Notes under the pieces: model-generated | Told to the model about the DNA's origin: nothing | Database searches by the model: none | The model's input: the letters and a program-made list of their open reading frames with translations, nothing else | Position numbers and translations under genes: made by a program | Shown: positions 8,584-18,355 of the stretch, one piece after another | How the letters are laid out: each line of letters opens with the position of its first letter | Position numbering within the stretch: position 1 is the stretch's first letter | Assembly (NCBI GenBank): GCA_964645795.1 | Contig: CAZYCL010000005.1 | Coordinates: forward strand, 26,006-90,005 | DNA length: 64,000 bases | Direction: 5' to 3' | From: an uncultured Planctomycetales bacterium | GTDB lineage: Bacteria; Omnitrophota; Gorgyraeia; Gygaellales; Profunditerraquicolaceae

Positions 8584-9612
8584 TTATTTGGTCAATACTT
8601 CTATCAAGCAGACGGTGGACGCGCTATTGCCGTTATTGTCGGTAACGGCCAGCTTTACTTCAAACTTCCTTGAGCCGTAAGTAGCGCTCCAGAAGGTATT
8701 AACGGGATTCTTCCTGGTGGAGGTATCGCCGTCGCCAAAATCCCATTCGTAGGCGATGATGCGCGAGCCGCGCGAGTATGACTTCCCGGCTGAAAAACGC
8801 ACGGTAAGAGGAGAATGGCCTTTTTGGGGCCTGGCAGTGATGACCGCAACAGGCGCCGAAACCGGCTTCGGTCTTTGTTGTTTTATGGCTTTGGTTTTCT
8901 TTACAGGGCGCTCCTTTGCGTCCTTCCTGCTTTTTGCCAGGAGCTTGGGTGGGGCTGCTGGTGAAGGAGCAGGCGGTTTCTGCTTAATTGATTCTTCCTG
9001 CGGCCTGACCATCACTGCAGACGCTTGGACTCCGGAGACCGCCGGGGCCGCTTCCTGTCCGGAAACAACCGCTGCTTCCTGAACCGGCTTAACCGCGACA
9101 ACCGCAGAAACAACGGCTTCCTGGGGGCTAAAGCCTTCTTTCTGCAGGTCGCTCTGGATAAATACTGCCAGCTCCTCTTTCAATCTCCTGCGCATCTCCT
9201 TTTCATAAGCGAACTCCTGTTCTTCTTTTTCGTCGATCTTGCGGCGGAACTCCGGATCTCTTTCGTATTTTCTGTCCCGGGAGGCGATGAAAGGAAGACG
9301 CAACAACCCCTCGAAAAACTCAACGAACAAGGCAGGCGGGTTCAAAAACATCTCCTTGAACCTGCTTTCGATGTAGCCCATTTTTTGATAATACTGCTCT
9401 ACTGTCTTTTTTCTTCTCTTAAACCGCTTCTTGGCAAGCGCCAGCTCATCCGGGGCGCTGTTATTTGGTCCTACCGTATATTCAGGGATCAGCCTCTTGT
9501 CGCGCGTGACGATGTAACCCTTATCGTAAGGATAACCCCCTTTTTGGAATTTATAGGTGGCGCAGCCGGCGATTAGGAATAGCGAAAAAAAGAATATAAT
9601 ATACCTCTTCAT
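8584..9612 (-). CDS. Lipoprotein with a charged coiled region, an Ala/Pro/Val-rich linker and a C-terminal PKD domain
   Basis: The ORF track extends this frame to 9966, but that extension overlaps folE. Starting at the internal ATG (9612) gives MKRYIIFFFSLFLIAGC, a lipobox signal peptide, preceded by GGAGCC. The C-terminus IAYEWDFGDGDTS...KLAVTDNNGNSAS is a PKD fold signature. Confidence 0.55.
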   Translation of the reverse strand: MKRYIIFFFSLFLIAGCATYKFQKGGYPYDKGYIVTRDKRLIPEYTVGPNNSAPDELALAKKRFKRRKKTVEQYYQKMGYIESRFKEMFLNPPALFVEFFEGLLRLPFIASRDRKYERDPEFRRKIDEKEEQEFAYEKEMRRRLKEELAVFIQSDLQKEGFSPQEAVVSAVVAVKPVQEAAVVSGQEAAPAVSGVQASAVMVRPQEESIKQKPPAPSPAAPPKLLAKSRKDAKERPVKKTKAIKQQRPKPVSAPVAVITARPQKGHSPLTVRFSAGKSYSRGSRIIAYEWDFGDGDTSTRKNPVNTFWSATYGSRKFEVKLAVTDNNGNSASTVCLIEVLTK

Positions 9613-9629
9613 CTTGGCTCCTTGTGCGA

Positions 9630-10187
9630 TCACATCTTCATCAATGCCAGCGTCTCCGAGCGGGTCTTTTCGTTCTCCTGGAAAACGCCCCTGACCACCG
9701 AAGTCACGGTAAGGGTCCCTGGCTTCTTTACTCCCCGCATGGACATGCACATATGTTCGGCTTCGATGACGACCATGCAACCTTGAGGCTTTAGCTTGCG
9801 CATAATTATCTCGGCTATCTGCGAGGTCAGCCTCTCCTGGACCTGGGGCCGCCTGGCCAGTATCTCGACTACACGCGCCAGCTTGCTTAACCCCGTTACC
9901 CTGCCCTGTTTGGGGATGTAGGCCACGTGGGCCTTGCCCAAGAACGGCAACAGGTGGTGTTCGCATATGCTGTAAAGCGGTATCCCTTTAAGAAGGATTA
10001 TCTCGTCGTGCTTCTGCTCCAGCACCACCTCAAGCTCTTTTTCGGGATCCCTGCCGATTCCGGAGAATATCTCCCCGCACATCTCGGCGACCCTGCGCGG
10101 AGTCTCCTTCAGGTCCTTTCTCTGCGGGTCCTCGCCTATTGCCTTGAGGATCTCTGCTACCGCTTTTGCGATCTTTGTCTTATCCAT
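9630..10187 (-). CDS. folE: GTP cyclohydrolase I
   Basis: 185 aa. Carries the ICEHHLLPF motif and matches FolE along the whole length. Confidence 0.85.
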   Translation of the reverse strand: MDKTKIAKAVAEILKAIGEDPQRKDLKETPRRVAEMCGEIFSGIGRDPEKELEVVLEQKHDEIILLKGIPLYSICEHHLLPFLGKAHVAYIPKQGRVTGLSKLARVVEILARRPQVQERLTSQIAEIIMRKLKPQGCMVVIEAEHMCMSMRGVKKPGTLTVTSVVRGVFQENEKTRSETLALMKM

Positions 10188-10267
10188 TGGAGTTGTCGAT
10201 AATGCGTAATTTTGCGAATAGTTTATTATCTAACGAATACCCTGATTCTGCAATAAGTTTTTCTCGC

Positions 10268-11653
10268 TTATTTGCCTATGCAAAATCTGCCAAAGATCTT
10301 ATCCAGCAGCCCCTGCGTCAGGCTCTCTCCCGTGACCGTATCCAGGCTCAAAACCGCTTCTTTTATATCCTGGCAGACAAGCTCCGCAAAGAAACCTTGC
10401 TCCAGGCTTACCAACGCCTCCCGGATCAACCTGTCTGCCTTTTTAATCGGCTCAATATCCCTTATGCTGCTTAAGGTCGCCGATTCGCGCAAGAGGGGTC
10501 TTCCCTGACAGACAAGCCCTGTTATCGCCTCCTCCAAAGCCGCGATATTAAGCATCTTCTTTGCGCTAACGCAGACCGCCCTGTTGACAAACCCCTTTAA
10601 ATCTTGCGGCTTGACCCTCTGCTTTAAGTCGATCTTATTAATGACCGGTATCGTCCGTTCTTTTTTTAACCGCATAAGCCGCCGGTCCGCGTCCGTCAGC
10701 CTCCTGCTGCCGTCTAATACAAAAAGCACTATATCCGCCGAGGCAATGTGGTCCCGGGCGCGCTTAACCGATTTTTTCTCAACCGTATTACGCGGAGTTA
10801 TCAATCCGGCGGTATCAATGACCCTCAACGGAATACCCCGGACATCGATCATCTCTTCGATGCTATCCCTGGTGGTTCCGGCAACAGGGGTGACTATCGA
10901 ACGCTCCTGCTTAAGCAGGGCGTTTAAGAGCGAAGATTTCCCTACGTTGGGGCTACCGCATATCACGGCCTTAACACCCTCCCTGAATATCCTTGTTTTA
11001 CGGTGATCTTCGATAATGGCGCAGAGGCGACGGGATATCCGCTTAAGCCCTTCCTCAAGCTGCCCCGACCGCAACGCCTCTATGCCTTCTTCGGGGAAAT
11101 CTATATCTGCCTCTAGCGCTGAAAGGATATCCATTAACGACTCTCTTAGCCCGGATACCTCCCTTGACAGGCTGCCTCTTAATTGCCTCAGGCCTATATC
11201 AAGAGCGGCTTCGCTTTTTGCGCGTATAATATCCAGGACCGCCTCTGCCTGCGCCAGGTCTATCCTGCCGTTCAAGAATGCTCTCTTGGTAAACTCTCCC
11301 GGTTCGGCAAGCCTGGCGCCGCGAGCCAGGACCAGCTCAAGCACGGCTTTTACTGCTGCCAGGCCGCCGTGGCAGTTTATCTCCACCACGTCTTCCCGGG
11401 TATAGGAGCGGGGCTGACGCATCACCGAAAGGATCACTTCATCGATCAGCCTGGAACCGTCTTTGATCCAGCCATAACGCAGGGTGTAACTCTTAAACTG
11501 CGACGGCCGCCCACTTCCCTTGGAATAAAATATCTTATCGGCGATAGAAAGCGCCTCCCTGCCGCTCAAGCGCACGATCCCGATGCCGGATTCGCCCATG
11601 GCGGTAGCTATGGCTGCTATCGTATCTGCGGATATTCCGGGTTTAGAAGTCAT
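10268..11653 (-). CDS. mnmE: tRNA modification GTPase MnmE (TrmE)
   Basis: N-terminus DTIAAIATAMGESGIGIVRLSG, G-domain GSPNVGKSSLLNAL, C-terminal CIGK. I placed the start at the internal ATG 11653, which forms an ATGA overlap with the upstream gene's stop (the track start is 11677). Confidence 0.85.
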   Translation of the reverse strand: MTSKPGISADTIAAIATAMGESGIGIVRLSGREALSIADKIFYSKGSGRPSQFKSYTLRYGWIKDGSRLIDEVILSVMRQPRSYTREDVVEINCHGGLAAVKAVLELVLARGARLAEPGEFTKRAFLNGRIDLAQAEAVLDIIRAKSEAALDIGLRQLRGSLSREVSGLRESLMDILSALEADIDFPEEGIEALRSGQLEEGLKRISRRLCAIIEDHRKTRIFREGVKAVICGSPNVGKSSLLNALLKQERSIVTPVAGTTRDSIEEMIDVRGIPLRVIDTAGLITPRNTVEKKSVKRARDHIASADIVLFVLDGSRRLTDADRRLMRLKKERTIPVINKIDLKQRVKPQDLKGFVNRAVCVSAKKMLNIAALEEAITGLVCQGRPLLRESATLSSIRDIEPIKKADRLIREALVSLEQGFFAELVCQDIKEAVLSLDTVTGESLTQGLLDKIFGRFCIGK

Positions 11654-12501
11654 ATTCCCTGTTTTTCGCACCACCAATGCTCCTCCACATCGCGGCAGAT
11701 GCTGGCTATATGATAGCCTTTGGAGTTAAGAAAATCCCGTACGTCTGCCAGCGTGTGCCCAAAATACTTCTCATAGAAGTAATCATGGATGCTGACAAGC
11801 AGGGCCGGCGAGACCTCTTCCAAAAACCTCCCTGCCCCGCGCAACACTAAAAACTCCGCCCCCTCCACGTCGCACTTTATGAGGCCAGGACGGCCCCTGA
11901 AACCAGCGCAACAGAACAGCCCGTCGATACGGTATATGGGGATACCGGGATCCCTGTTTTTATCCTGAAGGTTAAGTTGTTTCTCGTGATATAAGTCGGC
12001 CTTTGGGCCGAGCTTGAATATTTCTCTTCTTGTCTCTTCCAGAGCAGAATCGAGGCTCGCCGCAGTCGGGTGAGTATCAGAAATAAACCCCCGTAACAGA
12101 TGCAGCCTGTTTCTGTCGGCGAAGCGGCAGGCTTCTTTAGTTATGCTCAGATTTTTGACGTCCGAATCTACGGCGTAGACCTGGACGCTGGGCTGGGCAA
12201 ATAAAGCGGCGATTGAATAAATACCCTTATTGCATCCGATATCGATAAAAAAAGAGCCGGGGTGGCCTCTAAACCAGGCAACTGCCTTACTGATAGGCTC
12301 TTTTTCATACTCCTGCCAACCCCAGCTGGCTATGGCCGGCGGCACCGAAACAAAGACGTTGCCCGGCAACCTGATCTTTATCCTGTCTCCGCAAAGACGC
12401 ACAAGAAAATAGTATATGGCGCGTAAAATTCCCCATAACCAAGACCTCTTTTCCCAGAATTTCGCGTGCCTTATTTTTTTTGCTATCTCATAAAAGAACA
12501 T
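11650..12501 (-). CDS. FkbM-family SAM-dependent methyltransferase
   Basis: FIDIGCNKGIYS and IKCDVEGAEFLVLRG motifs, characteristic of the FkbM family. Confidence 0.7.
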   Translation of the reverse strand: MFFYEIAKKIRHAKFWEKRSWLWGILRAIYYFLVRLCGDRIKIRLPGNVFVSVPPAIASWGWQEYEKEPISKAVAWFRGHPGSFFIDIGCNKGIYSIAALFAQPSVQVYAVDSDVKNLSITKEACRFADRNRLHLLRGFISDTHPTAASLDSALEETRREIFKLGPKADLYHEKQLNLQDKNRDPGIPIYRIDGLFCCAGFRGRPGLIKCDVEGAEFLVLRGAGRFLEEVSPALLVSIHDYFYEKYFGHTLADVRDFLNSKGYHIASICRDVEEHWWCEKQGI

Positions 12502-13865
12502 TGCTTTACTCCTGCAAGATATGAGCGCACCTGACCGACAAGAAACAGTGAACCGGCTACCAAAACAAGGCTTTCTCTGCGGCAGCCCCGGATTGCCCGT
12601 CTTGTCGCCGCACGACAGTTGGGCTCAGCCTCGGCCTTAGTGCCCTTGAAGAACCCGGTCAACGCCTGCGGATGGGCAGCGCGCGGATTGTCTGCCATCG
12701 TAAGGATCACTCTGTCTGCGAATTTACCCAGGCACTCACAGATCCCCCTGATATCCTTATCTTTGGAGATACCCAGCAGTAGAATTATCTTTTTGCCCGG
12801 GAAGTTATCCCTTATGGCTTTTACCAAAGACTGGCTTGAGGCCTGGTTCTGTGCACCGTCGAGTATAATCAGGGGTTTGCGGCAGACGACTTCGCACCTG
12901 CCCGGCCAGACAGTATTATATAGGCCCCTTCTTACACGATCAACTCCGATATCGAATCCGTAAAAACCCAGGGCATCCACGGCGGATACCGCACAGGCGG
13001 CGTTGGTCAACTGATGGTCTCCTAATAATCTTATTCTCATGCGAGGGTAGCTTTTAAATACGCCCTTGATCATAAATCTTCCGGTTTTATCTTTTTTAAT
13101 GGCTGCCTCTTTGCCAACGACAAATAACCTGCCTGCGCAATCCTTGGCCCTCTTGCTGATGACCTTAAGCGCCTGTGTTTTTTGCGGCGCACTTATCACC
13201 AGGGGCCTCGCTGGAAAGCCCGCATCAAAAGCCTTAATGATGCCGGCTTTTTCAAATGCGATCCTGGATAATGTTTTCCCGAGCTTCTGCGTATGCTCCA
13301 GGCTTATCGGGGTTATCACGCTTACCAGCGGCCGGACGACATTGGTGGCATCAAGCCTGCCTCCCATGCCCGTCTCAAGGACTATGAAATCGGGCTTCTT
13401 CTCCTGAAAATACAAAAAAGCCAGCGCCGTATAGGCCTCAAAGAAAGAAATGGCGCCGTATCTTGAGTGCCTGAAAAAGGCTTCTGCTTTCTTGCGCAGC
13501 CCGCAGACCAGGCGCGCAATATCGCATCTGGTTATCATGCCCTGGAAGTCTCGCGGCCCTCGTACCTGGCCCTGTTTAGAAGTCAGTATCCTTATCCTTT
13601 CCCGAAAATCAACCAGATGAGGAGAAGTGTACAGGCCGACAGAATATCCGGCTTCTTTGAGGATGTGAGCGATAAAGGCGCAGGTTGAGCCTTTGCCTTT
13701 TGAGCCGGCAACGTGTATAAAGCGCAATCCTTCCTGAGGATTACCGACGGTCTCCAGGAAGTCGTAAAACCGCTCAAGCTTCAGAGATTCCTTATAGGAA
13801 TATTCCGGGATTTTTTCGTAATTAACGAGGGAGTTAAGGTAATCAGCCGCTTCTTGGTAGGTCAT
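12483..13865 (-). CDS. folC: Folylpolyglutamate synthase / dihydrofolate synthase
   Basis: Mur-ligase P-loop HVAGSKGKGST and FolC-like overall order. Confidence 0.8.
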   Translation of the reverse strand: MTYQEAADYLNSLVNYEKIPEYSYKESLKLERFYDFLETVGNPQEGLRFIHVAGSKGKGSTCAFIAHILKEAGYSVGLYTSPHLVDFRERIRILTSKQGQVRGPRDFQGMITRCDIARLVCGLRKKAEAFFRHSRYGAISFFEAYTALAFLYFQEKKPDFIVLETGMGGRLDATNVVRPLVSVITPISLEHTQKLGKTLSRIAFEKAGIIKAFDAGFPARPLVISAPQKTQALKVISKRAKDCAGRLFVVGKEAAIKKDKTGRFMIKGVFKSYPRMRIRLLGDHQLTNAACAVSAVDALGFYGFDIGVDRVRRGLYNTVWPGRCEVVCRKPLIILDGAQNQASSQSLVKAIRDNFPGKKIILLLGISKDKDIRGICECLGKFADRVILTMADNPRAAHPQALTGFFKGTKAEAEPNCRAATRRAIRGCRRESLVLVAGSLFLVGQVRSYLAGVKQCSFMR

Positions 13866-13965
13866 CGTCCCGTGTGCTAGTAAATTGGGGACGGTTTTCG
13901 TTAAGAGAGCCGTCCCCGATTGCTGGTTTTTCTTTGGGTTAACACGCTTTAGCTGGCGGGCGCAT

Positions 13966-15519
13966 TTAATGCCTGAAGTGGCGCATGCCGGTAAAGACCA
14001 TGCTGATCTTATGTTTATCCGCGGCTTTTATTATCGCTTCATCGGCGATAGAGCCGCCGGGCTGGATTATCGCTTTTATACCGTTCTTTGCGGCTAGTTT
14101 TATCGCATCTTCCTTGGGGAAAAACGCGTCCGATGCCAAAACTGCACCCTTAGCCAGCCCCGCGGATTTTTTGGTGGAAATATACACCGAATCAACGCGC
14201 GACATCTGTCCGGCGCCTATGCCTACCGTTCTTGTTCCCCTTGCAAGGACTATGGCGTTGGATTTTACGTGCTTTGCTATTTTCCAGGCAAAGATAAGAC
14301 TGGCCATCTCCTTCTTAGTGGGCCTTTTCTTTGTCACGACCTTAAGCTTTTCCTTATCCAGCAGCGCCAGGTCCTTGTCCTGGACAAGCAGTCCTGCCGA
14401 TACGCGTTTAAGATCCATCTCATCTGCTGCCGAGAAATCCGGACACTCAAGCAACCGCAGGTTTTTCTTTTCCTTGAATAGGCTTAAGGCCTCCTTCTCA
14501 AAGGCAGGCGCTATGACGCACTCTAAGAACCCGCTTTTAAAAACGGCCCTAGCGGTATCCAGGTCCATCTTCCTGTTTAAAGCCACTATCCCGCCGAAGG
14601 CGGAAAGCTTATCGCACTCCCATGCTTTGACATATGCCTTAGCTAAACTTTTACCTTCGGCCGCTCCGCAAGGATTGTTGTGTTTTACGACGACGGCTGC
14701 GGGAAGCTCAAACTCCTTTACCAACTCCATGGCGGAGTTCAGGTCCAGTATGTTATTAAAAGACAATTCCTTGCCCTGCAGCTGTTTCAGATTTATTATT
14801 CCGCCAGCTGCCCCAGTCTGGCGGTAAAAAGCGGCCTTCTGATGGGGGTTTTCTCCGTAACGCAGCTCCTGCAGCTTTTCAAACGCCAGGCTCAACCTTT
14901 GCGGCAACATACTCCCCTTTTGGCCGTGGAAGCACCTAGCCAGATATTCATTTATAGCCGCGTCATAGCTGGCGGTATGGGCGAATGCCTTGACCGCAAG
15001 AGAGCGCATGAACGACCTTGAGAGAGCGCCGCCGCTTTTTTCCAGCTCATCCAAAACCCGGCAATAATCGGCCGGATCGCAAACTACCGCCACATCCTTA
15101 TGGTTTTTCGCCGCGGACCTGAGCATCGACGGCCCCCCGATATCGATGTTTTCAATGACATCCTCTATCCCGACCCCCGGCTTCTGCGTAGTTTTTTCGA
15201 AAGGATAGAGATTGACCACTACCATATCGATAAGGCCTATGCCGTGCTCCTGCAGGGTCTTTATATGCTGCGGATTATCCCTTAAGGCAAGCAACCCCGC
15301 GTGGATAGCCGGGTGCAGGGTCTTTACCCTGCCATCCAGCATCTCGGGAAAACCGGTGTAGCCGGAGACTTCCTTTACCGGTATCGAGTTATCCTGCAGG
15401 AGCTTTGCCGTGCCGCCGGTGCTGATTATCTCGATACCGTATCCGCAGAGCCGGCGGACAAACTCCGAAACTCCGCTCTTATCCGAAACACTAACGAGCG
15501 CCCGCTTTATCTGGACCAT
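13966..15519 (-). CDS. purH: Bifunctional AICAR transformylase / IMP cyclohydrolase
   Basis: 517 aa. MGS-like N-terminus (ALVSVSDKSGV...IISTGGTAK) and an AICARFT domain. Confidence 0.9.
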   Translation of the reverse strand: MVQIKRALVSVSDKSGVSEFVRRLCGYGIEIISTGGTAKLLQDNSIPVKEVSGYTGFPEMLDGRVKTLHPAIHAGLLALRDNPQHIKTLQEHGIGLIDMVVVNLYPFEKTTQKPGVGIEDVIENIDIGGPSMLRSAAKNHKDVAVVCDPADYCRVLDELEKSGGALSRSFMRSLAVKAFAHTASYDAAINEYLARCFHGQKGSMLPQRLSLAFEKLQELRYGENPHQKAAFYRQTGAAGGIINLKQLQGKELSFNNILDLNSAMELVKEFELPAAVVVKHNNPCGAAEGKSLAKAYVKAWECDKLSAFGGIVALNRKMDLDTARAVFKSGFLECVIAPAFEKEALSLFKEKKNLRLLECPDFSAADEMDLKRVSAGLLVQDKDLALLDKEKLKVVTKKRPTKKEMASLIFAWKIAKHVKSNAIVLARGTRTVGIGAGQMSRVDSVYISTKKSAGLAKGAVLASDAFFPKEDAIKLAAKNGIKAIIQPGGSIADEAIIKAADKHKISMVFTGMRHFRH

Positions 15520-15534
15520 AACACCCTTTCATGC

Positions 15535-16236
15535 TTACTTATTGAACCTGAAGTTTACCAGATCCGCATCCTGCATCACGTAATCCTTTTGCTCAAGACG
15601 CAGCTTTCCTGCTTGTTTTGCCTGGTTCTCTCCTCCGGCTTTGATAAAATCGTCGAAGGCGATGATCTCGGCACGAATAAAACCGCGCTGTATGTCGGAA
15701 TGTATGACGCCCGCCGCCTCCCAGGCAGTGGTTCCCTTCCTGATGAGCCAGGCGCGGTTCTCTTTATCGCCTACCGTCAAGAAGCTTATGTATCCTGCTT
15801 CCTTTACTGCCCTGGCAAGCAGCGCATCCGGGTCCTCGGGCCCTGCGGAGTTTACCGTCACCACCGGTTTATTCGTCCAAAATCCCGCCCCCGAGAGAAG
15901 GCGTAACTGGTCGCCGGAAACGCCTGCACTAAAAACCGTGGCCTCCTTCTCCAAAGCCTGTTTTATCCTGCCCAGGACCGTTTTCTCCTCTTGGTTCTCG
16001 CAGCGTGAAAGCCTGGTCTCGACAAACTCAAGGTCGCGCAAGATAAGGTCCGCAAGGTATTCCTGGGCCACAATTATCGCATCCGCCTCCATCGCCCCGT
16101 CTTCGCCGACGAGCTCCACCTGCGCATAGCTCTTTTTTTTAGCCGAAACCAGCTTGTCCGCCTGGTCCAGACGCGCATCTTTTATGTTCTTTTTCCCCGG
16201 CCCTAGCTCCGGCACCGAAATAACGCTGATTTTCAT
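15535..16236 (-). CDS. YchF-like protein lacking the N-terminal P-loop (coiled-coil + TGS domains retained)
   Basis: Aligns to E. coli YchF from about residue 40 onward (DARLDQADKLV vs DPRLDQLAEIV). The C-terminal TGS domain matches strongly (RAWLIRKGTTAWEAAGVIHSDIQRGFIRAEII...KDYVMQDADLVNFRFN). There is no GxxxxGKS motif, and only 15 nt separate it from the upstream gene, so no room exists for a G1 motif. Confidence 0.6.
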   Translation of the reverse strand: MKISVISVPELGPGKKNIKDARLDQADKLVSAKKKSYAQVELVGEDGAMEADAIIVAQEYLADLILRDLEFVETRLSRCENQEEKTVLGRIKQALEKEATVFSAGVSGDQLRLLSGAGFWTNKPVVTVNSAGPEDPDALLARAVKEAGYISFLTVGDKENRAWLIRKGTTAWEAAGVIHSDIQRGFIRAEIIAFDDFIKAGGENQAKQAGKLRLEQKDYVMQDADLVNFRFNK

Positions 16237-16251
16237 TTATGCTTTCCTTTT

Positions 16252-18204
16252 TTACTCTTCCTGCTTCTTAGTGGCCTGGTACTGGGCCATGATCCCCGAG
16301 GCGATCTTGTGCGGGACCTCCTCGTAATGCGAAAAGCGCATGGTGTAGAAGCCGCGGCCCCCGGTAAGCGAGCGCAGGTCATTGGCGTATTTGAACATCT
16401 CCGCTAAGGGTATCTGGGCTTTGACTATCTGGGTCTTGCCTTTGATATCCATACCCATGATCCTGCCCCGTCGCGAGTTTATGTCTCCCGATATGCCTCC
16501 CAGGCAATCTTCGGGGATAGAAACCTCCGCATCCATTATCGGCTCAAGCAAGACCGGGCCGGCCTCGGTTATCGCCTTCCTCAAGGCCATGGCCCCGGCT
16601 ATCTGAAAGGCCATATCGGAGGAATCTACCTCGTGGTAAGAGCCGTCATATAATACTACCTTAAGGTCCTCTATCGGGTAACCTGCCACCGCGCCCTCGA
16701 GGCAGGCCTGACGTACGCCCTTTTCTACCGAAGGAACATAGTTCTTGGGGATCGCTCCGCCGAATATTTTTTCCACAAACTCAAAACCTTTTCCTCTTTC
16801 AAGCGGCGCAACCTCTATCCAGACATCCCCATACTGACCCCTGCCTCCTGATTGCCGCTTGAACTTGCCCTGGACCTTTACGGATTTGGTGATCGTCTCT
16901 TTGTAGGACACCTTGGGCGTGCCCAGCTCCACGTCCACGTTAAATCTTTTTTTCATCCTGCCCACCATGACATCCAGATGCAAGTCGCCCAGCCCCGATA
17001 TAATTAACTCCTTTGTCTGGGCATCGTGCCTTACGCTGAACGTGTGGTCTTCCGCGGCCAGCTTATGCAGGGCCTGGGAGATCTTTTCTTCGTCCTCCCG
17101 GGATTTAGGCTTTACGGATACCGATATCGCCGCCTCCGGAAATGTTATCGGAGGCAATATTACGGGGTTCTTTTCATCGGCAAGCGTATCGCAGACCGCC
17201 GTCTCTTTAAGCTTTGCTATCGCCACTATATCCCCGCAAGATGCCGAATCCAGCGGCCGTTGCTCTTTACCCTGCAGGATATAGATCTGGCCGATCCTTT
17301 CCTTGGCCTTTTTACTTACGTTATAAAAACCGGTGTTTGATGCAAGGCTGCCTGAAAAAACCCTCAAAAAGGTAAGTTGTCCGACATAGGGATCGGATAT
17401 GTTCTTGAAAACAAAGGCCGAAAAGGGGGCGTCCGGGGAAACCGCGATCTCTTTTTTCTCTTCGGGTTTTGCGGGATTAGCCGCCTCGATCTTTTCTCTT
17501 AAAAGCGGCGAAGGAAGGTAGTTGACAATGCCCTCCAGAAGCTCGGGGATGCCTTTATCGGTGAGCGCCGAACCTGAAAGCACAGGAAAGAGCTTGCGTT
17601 TAAATACCGCCTGGGCCATGCCGCTGGATATCTCATCCAGAGACAGCTTTAGCACCTCGAGGTATTTTTCAAGCAGCTTATCGTCGCTTTCGGCTATCGC
17701 TTCTATCAAAAGCGGGTCTTCCAGCGAGTTTATCACTATGCAGTTCTTGGAAAACCTGCTCTTGAGCTCAGCCAGCACCTTATTGGTATCCGTGCCGTCC
17801 TTATCAAGCTTATTGATGAATATCATGCAAGGGACGCCCGCTTCTTCAAGCAGGTCCCAGGCGCGCTCTGTGCCAACCTCGATGCCCCCTGCCGCATCCA
17901 CTACCAGGACCGCCGCATCCACGGCCCGGATCCCGGCGATCACTTCGCCGAAGAAGTCGGCGTAACCGGGGGTGTCTATCATCTGGATCCTGTGGCCCTT
18001 GTAATCGCAGTAAAGAAGGCTTAGGTTTATCGAGCTCTTTCTTTCTATCTCATCAAAGCTGTAGTCGCTTGTCGTCGTGCCGTCTTCAACGCGGCCCTTT
18101 CGGGTGGTGGATTTACAGGCGCTAAGCAGGCTTTCGGCGAGGGTAGTCTTGCCGGATTGGGCGTGTCCCAGAAGAATGAAATTACGCTTGTTCGTGATAT
18201 CCAT
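16252..18204 (-). CDS. Elongation factor G family GTPase (EF-G2-like paralog)
   Basis: G1 LLGHAQSGKTTLAESLL (the EF-G2 / ribosomal-protection-like variant of AHIDAGKTT), DTPG, NKLD. 650 aa with EF-G domains II-V. AGGAG RBS 10 nt upstream. Confidence 0.75.
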   Translation of the reverse strand: MDITNKRNFILLGHAQSGKTTLAESLLSACKSTTRKGRVEDGTTTSDYSFDEIERKSSINLSLLYCDYKGHRIQMIDTPGYADFFGEVIAGIRAVDAAVLVVDAAGGIEVGTERAWDLLEEAGVPCMIFINKLDKDGTDTNKVLAELKSRFSKNCIVINSLEDPLLIEAIAESDDKLLEKYLEVLKLSLDEISSGMAQAVFKRKLFPVLSGSALTDKGIPELLEGIVNYLPSPLLREKIEAANPAKPEEKKEIAVSPDAPFSAFVFKNISDPYVGQLTFLRVFSGSLASNTGFYNVSKKAKERIGQIYILQGKEQRPLDSASCGDIVAIAKLKETAVCDTLADEKNPVILPPITFPEAAISVSVKPKSREDEEKISQALHKLAAEDHTFSVRHDAQTKELIISGLGDLHLDVMVGRMKKRFNVDVELGTPKVSYKETITKSVKVQGKFKRQSGGRGQYGDVWIEVAPLERGKGFEFVEKIFGGAIPKNYVPSVEKGVRQACLEGAVAGYPIEDLKVVLYDGSYHEVDSSDMAFQIAGAMALRKAITEAGPVLLEPIMDAEVSIPEDCLGGISGDINSRRGRIMGMDIKGKTQIVKAQIPLAEMFKYANDLRSLTGGRGFYTMRFSHYEEVPHKIASGIMAQYQATKKQEE

Positions 18205-18295
18205 AGTCTTGGCTCCTTGTAATAATATTTTATATTATCTTGAGGAAAAGACTCCTGGTGCGTATAAAAAGATATATGGGTGCGAGGATAAAAAG

Positions 18296-18324
18296 ATTAT
18301 ATAACAGCTGGAAAGGCCGGTCAA
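18296..18324 (-). promoter_or_regulatory. Putative strong sigma70-like promoter upstream of the EF-G2-like gene
   Basis: On the minus strand: TTGACC (plus 18319..18324), a 17-nt spacer, TATAAT (plus 18296..18301). It is about 90 nt upstream of ATG 18204. Confidence 0.4.
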
Positions 18325-18355
18325 GGTTTAATAAGGAAAGCGGCGCCTTAAGGCT

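Noticed and set aside
8584-9966. Track ORF of 460 aa for the PKD lipoprotein.
   Set aside because: The upstream 118 codons overlap folE (9630..10187). An internal Met followed by a lipobox signal peptide and an RBS gives a clean start at 9612.
13985-14827. 280-aa plus-strand ORF opposite purH.
   Set aside because: Shadow frame. purH on the minus strand is unambiguous.
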